Positions 24,294-37,800 of a stretch of DNA of 64,000 nucleotides are shown piece by piece; the first letter of the stretch is position 1, and the number at the start of each line of letters is the position of its first letter. Source of the DNA: Eledone cirrhosa (taxonomy: Eukaryota); contig OZ024740.1 in NCBI GenBank assembly GCA_964016885.1, positions 202,926,001 to 202,990,000 on the forward strand, read 5' to 3'. The notes under the pieces are model-generated. The model searched no databases. It was not told the origin of the DNA and was given only the letters and a program-made list of their open reading frames with translations. Both the position numbers and the translations under genes were made by a program.

Positions 24294-25075
24294 GCCTTAT
24301 GAAAGGAGCAAGGTTGCACGCAGTGATTCGCGCTCTCAGAAAATCGCTCGTGGTACCAGCATAAAGACGAAGCTGGTGATTTTGAACGACGTCTAAAACT
24401 TTGCGATCTCCCGCGACTGCGGGGGCGCGGACGGGCACCACACAAGGCCTTCATCTTGTTGAGCTCTATGGTGAGTTCCTGAATGGACCTTTGCATCGCC
24501 ATAATGGTTGAGCTGTCTATTGGCGCTGCCGCGTAGATGGCATGGCCGAGTGTGGCCCGAGCTGGGTGGTGAACAGCGGCAAGGGGTTCGCTGCCTCCGG
24601 CACTCGTCACCTCGAAAACTTTGTCCGCATAGGCGGCAAGCTGATCCACCGTGCTTGTATCCCTCATGGGGGCCAAAATTGCCTGTACGTTGGTCGGCAG
24701 GCGCGAGAAGAACAACTGCTTCAGCAGGGCATTTTTCGCTACCGGCCCCTCCGTTAGGTCCTTCATTCGCCTTAGGAGGTTCGATGGGGTGCCATCCCCT
24801 ATATGCTCCAGATGGACCAAAGCCCTAAACCTTTTTTCTACAGACTGTTCTGTCCGGCTGAGTATTTCAGCCTTCAGAGACGTGTACGTCGAGTCTGTGG
24901 GTGTCTCTAACACCAGGTCCTTAATCACTGGGAGAATTGCCGGCGGAATTGCACTAAGGACCAGAGGACGTTGTAGTTCCTCGTCAACTCTGTTCGCCTT
25001 GAAAAATGCTTCGAGTTGGGCGAACCATAGCCTTACGTCGCCCGTGTACGTTGGCAGAACAGAGTGAGAAGCCAT
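24281..25075 (-). CDS. gag: Gypsy Gag, 264 aa, intact
   Basis: WFAQLEAFF, GDGTPSNLLRRMKDL, FFSRLP and C-terminal CWYH..C..C; lies between the PBS and pol. Confidence 0.92.
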   Translation of the reverse strand: MASHSVLPTYTGDVRLWFAQLEAFFKANRVDEELQRPLVLSAIPPAILPVIKDLVLETPTDSTYTSLKAEILSRTEQSVEKRFRALVHLEHIGDGTPSNLLRRMKDLTEGPVAKNALLKQLFFSRLPTNVQAILAPMRDTSTVDQLAAYADKVFEVTSAGGSEPLAAVHHPARATLGHAIYAAAPIDSSTIMAMQRSIQELTIELNKMKALCGARPRPRSRGRSQSFRRRSKSPASSLCWYHERFSESANHCVQPCSFHKAGNA

Positions 25076-25527
25076 TGGTATACCGTAGATAATTTACCAA
25101 GAACAAAAATAAATGTATCCAACACAACAGAAATCCAACACAACAAAATCGCTTATTTTTCTCTGTCAAACCACTGGACCGGAAAAATAATGCATCCGGG
25201 ACAATATGCAAAGAAGCGACTAACTAAATGATATTATTACTAAGGTAAGGGCAAGGAACTTAAAACAAAATCCAACATGGCGGACTATTTCGCGCCAAAA
25301 ACACTAATGATGGAGAAGAAAGCCTCCATCTTGTCATCCTCAAAATTTTTAGCCAGAGAAGAGAAGAGCCGAAAAGGAGAGAAAAAAAGGTAAAAAACAT
25401 TCATACAATTGCTGTTTGTTTGTGTGTCAATAACTGTAGGTGTTCGTTTTGTATAAAAAAAATTTTTTTACTTTTTTCTTCTCTTTTTTTATATACACCT
25501 TTACTATCTCCCATTTTTTTTTTGAAG

Positions 25528-25544
25528 CACGTCGGGGGTCACCA
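25528..25544 (-). promoter_or_regulatory. Primer-binding site, tRNA-Trp-like
   Basis: TGGTGACCCCCGACGTG one base after the 5' LTR; complementary to the tRNA-Trp 3' end (..CACGUCGGGGUCACCA) with one extra C. Confidence 0.8.
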
Positions 25545-25545
25545 C

Positions 25546-26000
25546 TTTAGGAGATTAGTATCGGTGTACATATATGCATTATCAGAAATGACAATAAATG
25601 CCGGTGTGTGTTGTGACAAGATTTTTACTTCACAGAAGTCAAAGGGATTAATATAATAAATCATTACCCGTGGGTCACAACTCCTAGGTTGAAGTGTGTG
25701 GAGAAGAACAGAGATCTTCTCTTGGCGGTGTTAATATCTTCTTAGGCTGCCAGTGGCATTCTTCTTGAGTGGCAAAGGATTATGAGAGAGGAATCATCTC
25801 ATGACAAGGTCGCAGGTGTTGTTAACACTTTGGGATTCAGGAGGCGAGAGAGGGAGATCGTCCTAACCTGTTCCTTTTATAGGGTCTGACCGGAAGTGAC
25901 CAACAGGGTTCTATCACCCCAAAGGGAAGCAACTCCAGCTACTTCCTTTCTAGAGAGCGGTGATGAGATTGTCATGACAAGGCAGGCAACTCTTGCTACA
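25546..26000 (-). repeat. 5' LTR (455 bp)
   Basis: Starts TGTAGCAAGA and ends CTCCTAAA on the minus strand. Confidence 0.95.
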
Positions 26001-26099
26001 GAGTCTTCGTGTGCGTTATTAACATTTGCTTTTAACCTGTTGTTAGCGTCTTGTTAGCATGTGTTGTTAATGTGTGTTGTGTATATATATATATATATA

Positions 26100-27611
<1,512 letters not shown>

Positions 27612-27773
27612 ATTATTATTATTATTAGAAAGTGAGGTTTTTTTTACAAAATGAAAAATAACCGAGGTGTCCTACACGAGTGAAAGTATAAGGAAAAAAG
27701 ATGGAATCGAAAATGCAACTGGAGTCTTATTTTAAAAAATATATATATATGCATTTTCGATTTCATCTTTTTT

Positions 27774-27821
<48 letters not shown>

Positions 27822-27889
27822 GTTATTCCGGGTTGAATCGGAGGTAACCACAGTAAGTAAGGTACTCAATACATAGCAGAGTATAACAG

Positions 27890-27984
27890 TTTTAATATAG
27901 ATGAGATTCTACAGGACTAGAACTGTTTCATTCATTAGAAATGAATGAAACAGTTCTAGTCCTGTAGAATCTCATGTATATTAA

Positions 27985-27987
<3 letters not shown>
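27890..27987. repeat. Near-perfect palindrome (~47-bp arms, 3-nt loop)
   Basis: ATGAGATTCTACAGGACTAGAACTGTTTCATTCATT-AGA-AATGAATGAAACAGTTCTAGTCCTGTAGAATCTCAT with flanking extension; between (TA)n tracts. Confidence 0.9.
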
Positions 27988-28036
<49 letters not shown>

Positions 28037-29070
28037 GGCACGGACGGTATTTGTTTGCAAGATTACTGTCTGAGAAAAATAACAGTGCTTTTATTTTTTA
28101 AGATATATTCGCCAAACTCGGGTGAGTTTGTCTTCATGACATGTTCTGTTAATATCACTCAATGAACCCGCCTTTGGCTTTGGTGACAGCCTCGAGCGGC
28201 TTCGGAACCAGCTACAAACCTTCTCCGCTGTCTGTCTACTTAGGCTTGTGATCCTGGCATTCAGCTCGTTGATGAGTGAGAAGCTTGTTAGTCGAATAAT
28301 GGCAAGTGGGTAAATGAAGTTGGTCTCAGTGAGTCGAGAGAAGCTATGCCATATTCAAGGAAACAAGAAGTTGTACTCGTTTGTTGTGTTGTGAAGAGAT
28401 ATTACCACGGAGAAGATGATTTCCCCATATCACATGGATAAGACACCACTAATTTTAATGTTTTTATTTGTAAGATGATTTACTTTGAAATCATGTACAG
28501 CAATGAACAACAGAAAAAGAATATATCTATAGTTGTCGTGTGTCATGTGTACAAATGTAATAATATTTAACAAACCTGTGTTAGTAACATTTGTCTCATC
28601 TAGTGTCGACCCCAGCAAGGTTGGCTAGCGAGAGTGTGTATTGTAAATGTCGCTACATTGCAAGCCGGATGAAACAAGTGATCTCTCTGTTGCCAGGTCG
28701 GAAAACCGACTGTCTTTTGCAGAGCCAAAAAGCAAACTGATCTTCCAAAGGGAAATTTATCTATTGTTCTCCCCGAGTATCATTGGCGCCGTTAATCCTT
28801 CCACAAGAGAACGGTATCTAAGTTATGGGGCTCTGAGGTCGTAGGTCAATATTAAAGAGGTTGTGTGTGGCAGATTATGAAAACAATCGTGGGATTATGT
28901 GTCGAGATTAAGCTACACACACGCGCGTACACACACACACACACGTACACACGCACCCACACACCCACATACACACACACAGATTTTTTTCTGCTTTTTT
29001 CCTTAAAGCCTCTTGGAATGTGTTAATGTGTTTACCATCATTCCTTTGGTATAAAACTATAATGCAAAAT

Positions 29071-29128
29071 ACACCTGATGATGTCACCAGGTTCTTACGT
29101 AACCTGGCCACTGAAATGTGCATAGTGT
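29071..29128 (+). ncRNA. Type I hammerhead ribozyme motif (copy of 4748)
   Basis: ACAC CTGATGA ..CCAGGTT/AACCTGG.. GAAA TGTGCAT A GTGT. Confidence 0.7.
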
Positions 29129-29194
29129 TTTCAGAAATAAATAATTGAGGGAATTCAACCTGTCCTATCATTTTACTCTATAATATTATATATA

Positions 29195-30915
29195 TATTAG
29201 TAGAACACTGGTTGGTTATATCTGTAATATTAGAGCACTCAGTTCATGGAACGAGTTTGGTAGAAGTAGTTCCACAACAGTTAATTCACTATTTCCGAGA
29301 ACAATTGTTTGACCTTATTCGGATCATCAGCTCGGTTTAAATGAGATTATACGAAAAAGGAAAAACAATTATACGAATACGCAGAAGAAGTCATTTCCCA
29401 AAGGGGACGTAACTCACGTTAAATCGATGTTAGGAGACAACTGTGAAAACTCAAAATATAATAGATTATTCATGTTATTCAGTCCAGTGATTACGTCGGA
29501 TAGTCAGTCTGGGGCTTTGAAATAACGTAATAGGTGTTTCGAAACGTGTGGAAAACGTGAGTAAAATTCATTCCTTATATTTAGACAAGCGCTATTACGT
29601 TAACTCCTCAGGATATTAATTCTTTCTTCAATGCACGGCCCACAAGACGGATTGCCATTTCCGTATGGCTTAGACTTAATAATAACTTTCCATTGAATGG
29701 AGTAATCCACGCCTGCGTCTTGAGGGGACCATATGTGGCTTGCGAGCTTCGTAGACGATTGTTTGTCCGGGTGTCTGAATGTCAACAGATGATTCAGGAA
29801 GCGTTCTTCAAACCGGCCCTCCACCATACCTACATAAGATTTGACCTCTTGTTATTGATTTGGTTGGTTAGAAGTGACTACAGCTTCATAAATTATAGCG
29901 GATGTGTTGCACTGTTGTTGAAGGGCCTTCAGCTAGAACATTCTGGTGGGGTTCTGCTCCTAGGGTTGTTGGTGATGTGGACCTTCATATTCTTAGCACA
30001 GGAGTATCCTAATTTCACCCTGTGTCTCTTAAAGATGGAGCAGTATTTATGGCCTATGAGAAAGTGCTTATCTAAGAGAGCTAAAAATCTTTTACCTACA
30101 TTAATTTTAACGTTGAGTGAGAAGTGGGGACGAAACAAATTATTTTTTCTATTAGCACGATTTCTTTTTCTATTGCTGCTGGCGTTAGGAAGGGAGTAAG
30201 TAATTGGAGAAGCCGCTATTAGCTAACGCCGTGCTCTGTCAAAGATTGTTTTATTAGAAGAGCGGTTAGAGATTCTAGTGTCGATATTTTTCACGAAGTT
30301 TCTGAAAACTGTAGGTGGGTGGCATGAGTCCTTGTGTATGTAATTTAGTTTTTCATTTTGCTTATGGAAGGGTCTATAGGTATGTGAGCGAAGATCTAAA
30401 TTTATGTCTAAGTAATCTACGCTAGTAAGGTTAGTCGCTACTGTGATCCTAAGTCATAGCTCATTAAATGTTGCAATTAAATCTATTTTAAAACGGTCCA
30501 GGTCGTGACCACTTTTATGGTTCGATAGGGTCAGACCAACGTCACGGTAAAAGTCCGTGTGGAAGTCTGGGAATCTGGTTCACAACGTATCTAAAATAAA
30601 TAAGCCGACCAAGTCGCATATATCAGCACTATCGAATGATCCCATTGATACATCAAAGAGTTCTGAAGTAGTTGACTTCTTTGTCCAGGCTACTCCATTG
30701 TTGAAGAGGAGGGTTTTCCGGCAATGTGCAATGATCTGCCTGTCTAAATCATGGCCGGCGGTGTAAGTGGTGGCAAGATCTAACGTTTTTTTCAACAGGG
30801 TCGCCGAGATCGACGGGTAAAAATCCATAATGTCGAACTGAGTGAATTTCGCTTTTTGGGGCTGAAAGAGTTGAACTACTTAATGACAGAGTTTCTGGGA
30901 AGTGATTTCTTCTGC
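29195..30915 (-). mobile_element. Penelope-like element (RT + GIY-YIG), 5'-truncated, decayed
   Basis: FDIMDFYPSI, FDVSMGSFDSADICDLVG, YRDVGL, DYLDI RT motifs; YVGMVEGRFEERFLNH..LASHIW..CGPCIEE endonuclease. Confidence 0.9.
29295..29335 (-). ncRNA. Hammerhead motif with damaged GAAA in the Penelope 3' region
   Basis: CCGAG CTGATGA TCC-GAATAA-GGT CAAAC AATT GT T CTCGG: perfect stem I, palindromic stem III. Confidence 0.65.
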
Positions 30916-31030
30916 ACATGAATATTCGTATAATTGTTTTTCCTTTTCCGTATATGATGATCCCACTAAGGTGAAACAATTGTTCTCGGAAATGGTGAAT
31001 AAACTGTTGTGGAACTACTTATATATATAT

Positions 31031-31182
31031 ATGAAAATGTTCAAGATGCCGACGCCAGAGTTCAAGCCGTATCGACGGCTATTTCTGGACATTTTCATAT
31101 TACCCACTCTAATACCGTAAGTATTGAGTACTCTGGTGGTGCGTTATGGTCCACCTGGTTCCTTACCACATTTTCTTCGTTA
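31031..31182 (+). mobile_element. Penelope pseudo-LTR relic (family of 27321-27508)
   Basis: Inverted hammerhead half followed by TTACCCACTCT..GGTCCACCTGGTTCCTTACCACATTT; TA-flanked. Confidence 0.7.
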
Positions 31183-31199
31183 TATATATATATATTGTT

Positions 31200-32585
31200 A
31201 TACTTGGGGAGGGTCATATTTGCGTAATATTGCCAGAATTAATAACAGAACACACTCACTGTTTGGTTGGTTTTCGCTTCTCGCTGTCTTTTATATCTGC
31301 GATCTAACTTATTCGGTCCTCAATGTTGCCATTGACTGACCGACGGTCAAAAACAATACAGATACAACATAGACACACACACATATATATAGTTTACATA
31401 ATTTACATAAATCTTTCGTTGCACATCTGCAACATCGTCAGTGGTGTTATATTCTTTGTTCCTCCTGTTGTGTTGTATGTCTACGCCATTTTTTATTCAG
31501 TCTGTCTATATATTTATTTATTTATTTGCTTGTTTGTTTATTTTATTTTATTTTATTTTATTTTGTCTTCTTTGCGCATGCGTTTGCGTGTGTGTATAGT
31601 GTTATGTGTGTGCTGTGTGACTAGTGTGTATAGTGTTGTGTCTGCTGGGTGACTAGTGTGTGTTTATGTGCTTGTTGTTATTGTGCTTGTGTATGTATTT
31701 ATTTATCTTATTTTATTTTATTTTATTTATTTACTTATTTATACTTCTCTTAGGTCAGTGTTGTTTGTTTGGGTGTTGTTGTTGTTCCACTCATTCTTTC
31801 TGTTTAGCTTAGGACTTCTAATTTCTATTTCACTGGCCTCTCTGATTTGCCTATCTGCTGGGTCATTCCTATGTTTAGATATTATTCTAATTTCTATGTT
31901 GTCTATGTTACCGTCATGTTGTTGTCTAGCATGTTCGTATAGTACAGACCCGTTTTTTCGTCCTTTTAGTTCCCCCCAGTGTTGGTCTATCCTTTCACCT
32001 ATGCTACGAGCTGTCTCACCTATGTATGTTGTTGTCATGTTTCTGCAAGTACCCTCTGTACATCTTATGCTATAGACTACGTTTCTAGTTTTACAGTTTA
32101 TCCGGGGGTTCACCTTACATATGATACATTTCCTATTGGTACAGTGGGTTTTCTTAAAAGGGTAGGTTTTGCTGATCAGGGATTTTATGGTGGTTCCTGG
32201 CTTTTCTACCACCTTTATTTTTAAGTGGGTCTTTCTCAGGGCCTTTCTACACTGGTTAGCTAATTTCCCTCCGGGGGTGGCGTCCACAAACATGACACTC
32301 TGATATCTCTGGTTGTCGTACCATGATGTGGCCTTCCCTATCTTATGTCTAGCCCTATCTAAGCAATTCCATGATTTGCTCCTGTATAGTGGGCAAATTC
32401 CTTTCATGTCCAGTTCTATGAGGGTCTTATACTTTTCCATGGCTCCTTCGTATACTCTGACTCTGTCTCTTTGGTTGTAGCCAGAGAACTGCATGCGGTT
32501 GATGAAGTGTTGGGTGTGTCCTTCCATTTCTGTTGGGTCGCACATGCTGGACATGTATAACAATATCTGTTTCGACACACGATTT
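31200..32585 (-). mobile_element. Penelope-like element 3' part (GIY-YIG endonuclease)
   Basis: ORF 31739-32578: C..C..C..C linker, NVVYSIRC, YIGETARSIGERIDQH, RQIREA..LNRKNEW. Confidence 0.9.
31406..31443 (-). ncRNA. Minimal hammerhead motif
   Basis: CA CTGACGA T GTTGCA-GATG-TGCAAC GAAA GATTT A TG; short stem I; downstream of the GIY-YIG ORF on the same strand. Confidence 0.65.
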
Positions 32586-32604
32586 CATATAAAAAACCTC
32601 GCTA

Positions 32605-32660
<56 letters not shown>

Positions 32661-32666
<6 letters not shown>

Positions 32667-34172
32667 ATAATAATAAATTTGAAGACTAAAATCCAAAGAG
32701 GGCTCGATAAGGATAAATATATATCAAATATATAAGAACCGTAGAGCAAATATTTATTAAAATAACAGATTAAAGTTTAAGCAAAGAATCGCTGCTTTCA
32801 CCCTTATCTTCTGAAACTAACAAAGTCAATCTGTAAACGCAGAACTGGATATTTCAAAAAACGTTGCAACCGGAGGAAGACAGGAAGACGATACTTTGGT
32901 TCGTGGAAACGTTCGCTGGCTAAGAACGGGAAAAAACGAATATAATACGTCATTAATAGGAGCGGCGAAAAACAATTACGCGCAAAGACAGAACCACGTT
33001 TATGGTATAAAAGAGGTCGTAGACTAATGTTCTCTTAGGTGGTGCATAGAGACGTTCTCTGGCAATGAACGAAAAAAACGAAGATAATACGTCATATGTG
33101 GAGCGGGGAGAACAATAGCACGCAAAGACAAAACCACGTAAATGGTATAGCAGAAGTCGTAGACTAATTCTAACTAGGAGACCGAATGAATCTCCGCTAC
33201 AGAGTTAAGAACAAAGTAAATAAATACAATACAGAAGTAATAGAAATAAATAGATACATACACGCAAACAAATACGTACATACACAAGCATACGCAAAAA
33301 CTTACCATAGGTAAACAAAACCACGCACATATAAATATGTGTGTGTAAGCGTGTATACAAATAAATAAATAAATAATTATATAAACGTATATAAATAAAT
33401 AAATACGTATATAACAAGCGCACACACATACCTACATGTAAATACACGAATGTTCGGAGACGTAAGTCAACCAAAACATGAAGTACACATATACACGCGC
33501 CCTACATACGTACGAACCTGCATACTCACACAGACGCAAAACTCCCGTATACACATAGCCGAACCATATGTACCAGAATATATAAAAAAATTATACGCCA
33601 TAACAATCAAATATACGTACGAGAAGGTATACGTACCTTCACAAAACATACGGATAATATATACTTACCTATGCAAATAAGTAAAGGTATAAACAAAACA
33701 TATACTTAGCTCCCACATCGAGACGTAAAATGTCCACGTATAGATCGTACTATCCGTTAGGGTATAACGTGGGGCTGTAATACAGGAAAGTTTTGTGCAA
33801 TTTATGTTTACAAGCCGAAATTGCCTCAGACTTTTTGTTTAAGATGTGGTCTGTGGCGTAGAGTATTTCCAGGGCCTCAGCGGCGCAGAGGTCACATGGT
33901 CTTTTATTTCCGTTATACGATCTAGCCCTAGCTAGGATCTCCCAGTGTAACTTATATTGGGTGTGGTTGTCTTTTAGACTCCAGATATAAGCTGAAAGTG
34001 ACGTCATATTCCTTCTTAGAGGGTAACGAAAAGAATGGGTATGCATGTAAAGACGCTGCTTGAATCTATTGGCAGTTAACCCTATGTAGGCCCTACGGGA
34101 CGTTCAGAAGATCCCGTTAAGGGTGAAAGCAGCGATTCTTTGCTTAAACTTTAATCTGTTATTTTAATAAAT
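32661..34172 (-). mobile_element. Penelope-like element, 5'-truncated, with 3' pseudo-LTR and inverted 5' partial pseudo-LTR
   Basis: RAYIGLTANRFKQRLYMH..LSAYIWSLK..CDLCAAE (33750-34095); 34102-34172 is an inverted copy of ~32750-32816; (TA)n on both sides. Confidence 0.88.
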
Positions 34173-34193
34173 ATATATATATATATATATATA

Positions 34194-34854
34194 TAATAGC
34201 ATAGTACTTGTCAAAATGACGAGGTTTATAGAAAGAAAAATATAAAAAACTTAATATTTCATTAATTTCTATATAAATCTAGCATGACTTCTCCATTTTC
34301 TTTGACATTCTCCTTCTAGTTACTTCGTTTATCAACATGTTTTAGTTTACATCCATTTATATCAATTACAACGATTTTCTGACATATTCTTTAATCATTA
34401 TCATACATATATCCACTAAATCACGAGGAATTTGTTTTATCTATCTATCTATCTATCTAACTATCTATCCCTTCTTTAGGTACCACTTTAGAAGGAGAAT
34501 CAGAATGGAGAGAGAGGCACTGCACCCCAGTAAATTTACTGATAGGTGGGGGAATGAAGCGAAAATGGCCCGGGTGATTGGGCCTTCTCTATATAAACCT
34601 GTAGGTTGAAGAAGAGAGCAAAAGGAAGAAAGGAGCACTTGTACAACACGCTTCTGAAGTTGAGGGTTGTTCTATCGACGGGGTATTAAACAACCCATTT
34701 GTGACGCTTCCCCCCTATTGGGGATTTTCGATTGTTGTAATTGTTTGTTTTATATTTTTTACACGACTGTATGTAAAATCCCCGGCATGTCTTTGTATTG
34801 TCCCCTTTTCTTGTGCGCCCTTGTGGCAAATAAAGAAATATATCTATCTATCTA
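34194..34854 (+). repeat. ~660-bp direct repeat, copy 1 (AT-rich part + TATC + Tx1 3' end)
   Basis: Matches 45493-46153 with a few substitutions; encodes FFRYHFRRRIRMERE..GPSLYINL* plus the 3' UTR. Confidence 0.95.
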
Positions 34855-34859
34855 TCTAA

Positions 34860-37800
34860 ATATCTCCGGATGGCATAGACGTTCTTCACATCGGCTCCTC
34901 AAGGATTTGAGATATTACGTGTTAACAGTAAGTGTTTGTCTGTATTCTTACGTTATTGTGTTAATTAACCCCCTTGTCTGGGTCTTCGGACATTAGGGTT
35001 AATTTATTTCACCCCTTTTGGGGTGAAATTTTTCATCCTAAAAATCTTGTAATTGTCTCTACGCTAGTGGTAATGGAAGCCATTACCACAGGTAACGATG
35101 ACACGCCCACTAAACAAACTGAAGGGGAGCGGGTAGCGGAGACAAGCCTCCCTACTGAAAGAATAATAATTATTAGAAACATTGAAAAAATGGAACCTAA
35201 CCCTAATGAAAAAATGTGAAAAAAATTGACTCGGAGAAATTGCCAAAATTAATGGATGCCGTTTCAACTTTTCACGGCGCCACGCCCACCAGCAAAGGTG
35301 AAAGACAACGAGTAGCTGTAACTACAAGTCTCTCGGATATTGAAAATATAAGTGAACATTTTGAAAAAATGGAGTCTAACCCCAACGGGGAAAAAAATGT
35401 GTACGCATACACCAACATAAATAACACATCACAGCAAAAAATGAAAATTGTAACAACAAAAAACAAGAAAACCACATTTCGACAAATGTAAACAGAGAGG
35501 GGGCGAACAAAACGACGTTCGCGCAAAGCATAAAAAAAAACTATCGTGTACGAACCTATTGACATTTCGAACATGGCCAAGCAAATGGAAAATGCACGGA
35601 AGTATATAATTTTGGAGGAGAATGGTCTATTTTCTTTAAATTCTCCCCCAGAGCTAAAAAAAGAAAATAGCTTAAAAACTATTATTTATAGGACAATATC
35701 AAACAAAACCCGTAAGCCAGTACAACTCACACAAACAAAGATTGAACTGACGTTAAAAGATCATCTGAAAAACATTGTATTCATTCGGAAGGATAGACTC
35801 TAAGGTAGTCTATCCATCCGAATGAAAGATAAATTGACGGCCGAAAAACATTCCCTGGCCCCAATTGTGTCCCCCTTATTTACCTTCTTCCCCACTTATT
35901 TGGGAAGAAAAACACAAAGATTGACCATACACAGTATCGATCCAGATATTGATTTCTGGGCGGTACTGTGTGGCCTCCTCGACTTGAAAGAGGATGCAGT
36001 AATTTCGGTAGGTAAGTCTTCCAGCAACGTGTTCGGTGGAACTAACCTGCAAGTTCTGGTGCAAATGCAGCCAGAACGAATTGCTAGGATCCCCGACCGC
36101 ATATTGCTAGATGGGCTTGCCTACTTACACATCACAGTGGAGGGTAGACGACCCGCTTGTTACCTCTGTGGTGGCAGAGGTCATCTGAGGGCTGCCTGTT
36201 CCCAAGCAAACAAAAAAAACACCGATTTTGCCCACACCAACAACTACAACGCTAACAACACAACCTCCACCACAAAAACAACTAACACCACAAGTTAAAA
36301 CACAACTGAAAACAATCCCACCCATCCCCCCACACAGAAAACAAATACAATAACAGCCACACCACAACACGAGCCGAAAATGAACTCCTCCCCTCGAATA
36401 CGGAAGACGACCCCTTTCGTCGTCAGACGAGGGTGGGGAACACTTTCATAAAGTTAAAAGAAAAAAAGAAAACACACCACAGGAACACAAATACAAATAA
36501 CCCCTCCCCAAGACATAACACAGACATCAACACAAAAAAACACACAACAGCAAACAAAAAACATCACGCAAAAAGAAAGATTTGCATATACTTACTTAAA
36601 TACAAAAAACAAAAAAACTGTTAAACGTTATTTATAACAACTTAATAAAAATCGAAGGTTCGAATTTCGCACAAGCAACGGGGCTTCCCCATCTAAAAAT
36701 GATAAAAGTCCCAATGGACATTTACAAAACGTTAAAAGACACTTTTAAAGAGGATGTGGGCCCCCCCCTGCGTCAGACCCATTAACCGTGTCCTCCTAAA
36801 AAATCCCCCCCCCCAGACACCCACACAACTCCAAATACCCCAACCCCACCACACACTGATGCCCCTACACTTCCACAAACCACCACCCCACCCAACAACC
36901 CATCCTCCACCCCCATGGAAATTGTGCGGCCCGGTCCTCGGGACGCAGTGAGGTAAGTGCCTTTTCTCTTTACCACCAACATGGCTGTGTTGAGAAAAGG
37001 TTGTCTAAATGCGCGTGGCCTGGGCTCACCTTGGAAGCAAGCAATGCTTCTAAATGACCTCAGGTCACGATGTATAAATGTGATGGTTATTTGCGAGGCC
37101 CGGATCAGCAGCGTGCGACAGCTGGCCCCCACCTTTGATGACTTTGAGATGCACGCATCTCTCTGTCAGCCCGGAGGTAGGGTGGGGTTGTCGTTCTGCT
37201 GCAAAAACATCTTAGTCTCGCTACACAGACGGTACACTTGGACCCGGAGGGTCGACTAGTGGTTCTGGACCTTGGCAGTGGTGAAGGCGGAGCTTTTAGG
37301 CTGGTCGCCGTCTACGGCCCTTTTGGGTCAACGCGGCCGGACTTCTGCCAGCGTCTGGAGACTTTTCTAGGGACGTCCCGCTCCTGGCTTTTAGTGGAGG
37401 ACTGGAATGGGATCCTAGATGCACGTTGGGACTATGTAATGGCATGTCCTGATATAGGGGGTTGTAACTGCCTGGCCGATAGATATCGACTAGATTTTCC
37501 GACTGTGCCAACCTGGACTTGGAGAAACCACAGCGGTCAATCTAGATCGTACCTAGATAGGTTCTTAGTTAGAAATAAGGATAGGGACTTTTTAAGTTGT
37601 CCAAAAATGCTCATGGTTGGCTATTCAAACCACAAGTTAGTGACCTCCATGGTCAACCTTGATAGAACGCATAGACAGGGACCCGGTTACTGGAAGCTCA
37701 ACTTGTCCTTACCGGCAAGTAAAGCTTACAGGAACCGGATTAGTACATTAGTTAAGGAGTGGTTGACAGGCGCCATCGTCAACAGCAGGTGGTGGGGCTC

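Larger units (their letters stand above)
20017..26000 (-). mobile_element. Full-length Gypsy/Ty3 LTR retrotransposon
   Basis: Paired LTRs, 4-bp TSD GAGT (20013-20016 and 26001-26004), PBS, PPT-like tract, gag-PR-RT-RH-IN order. Confidence 0.97.
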
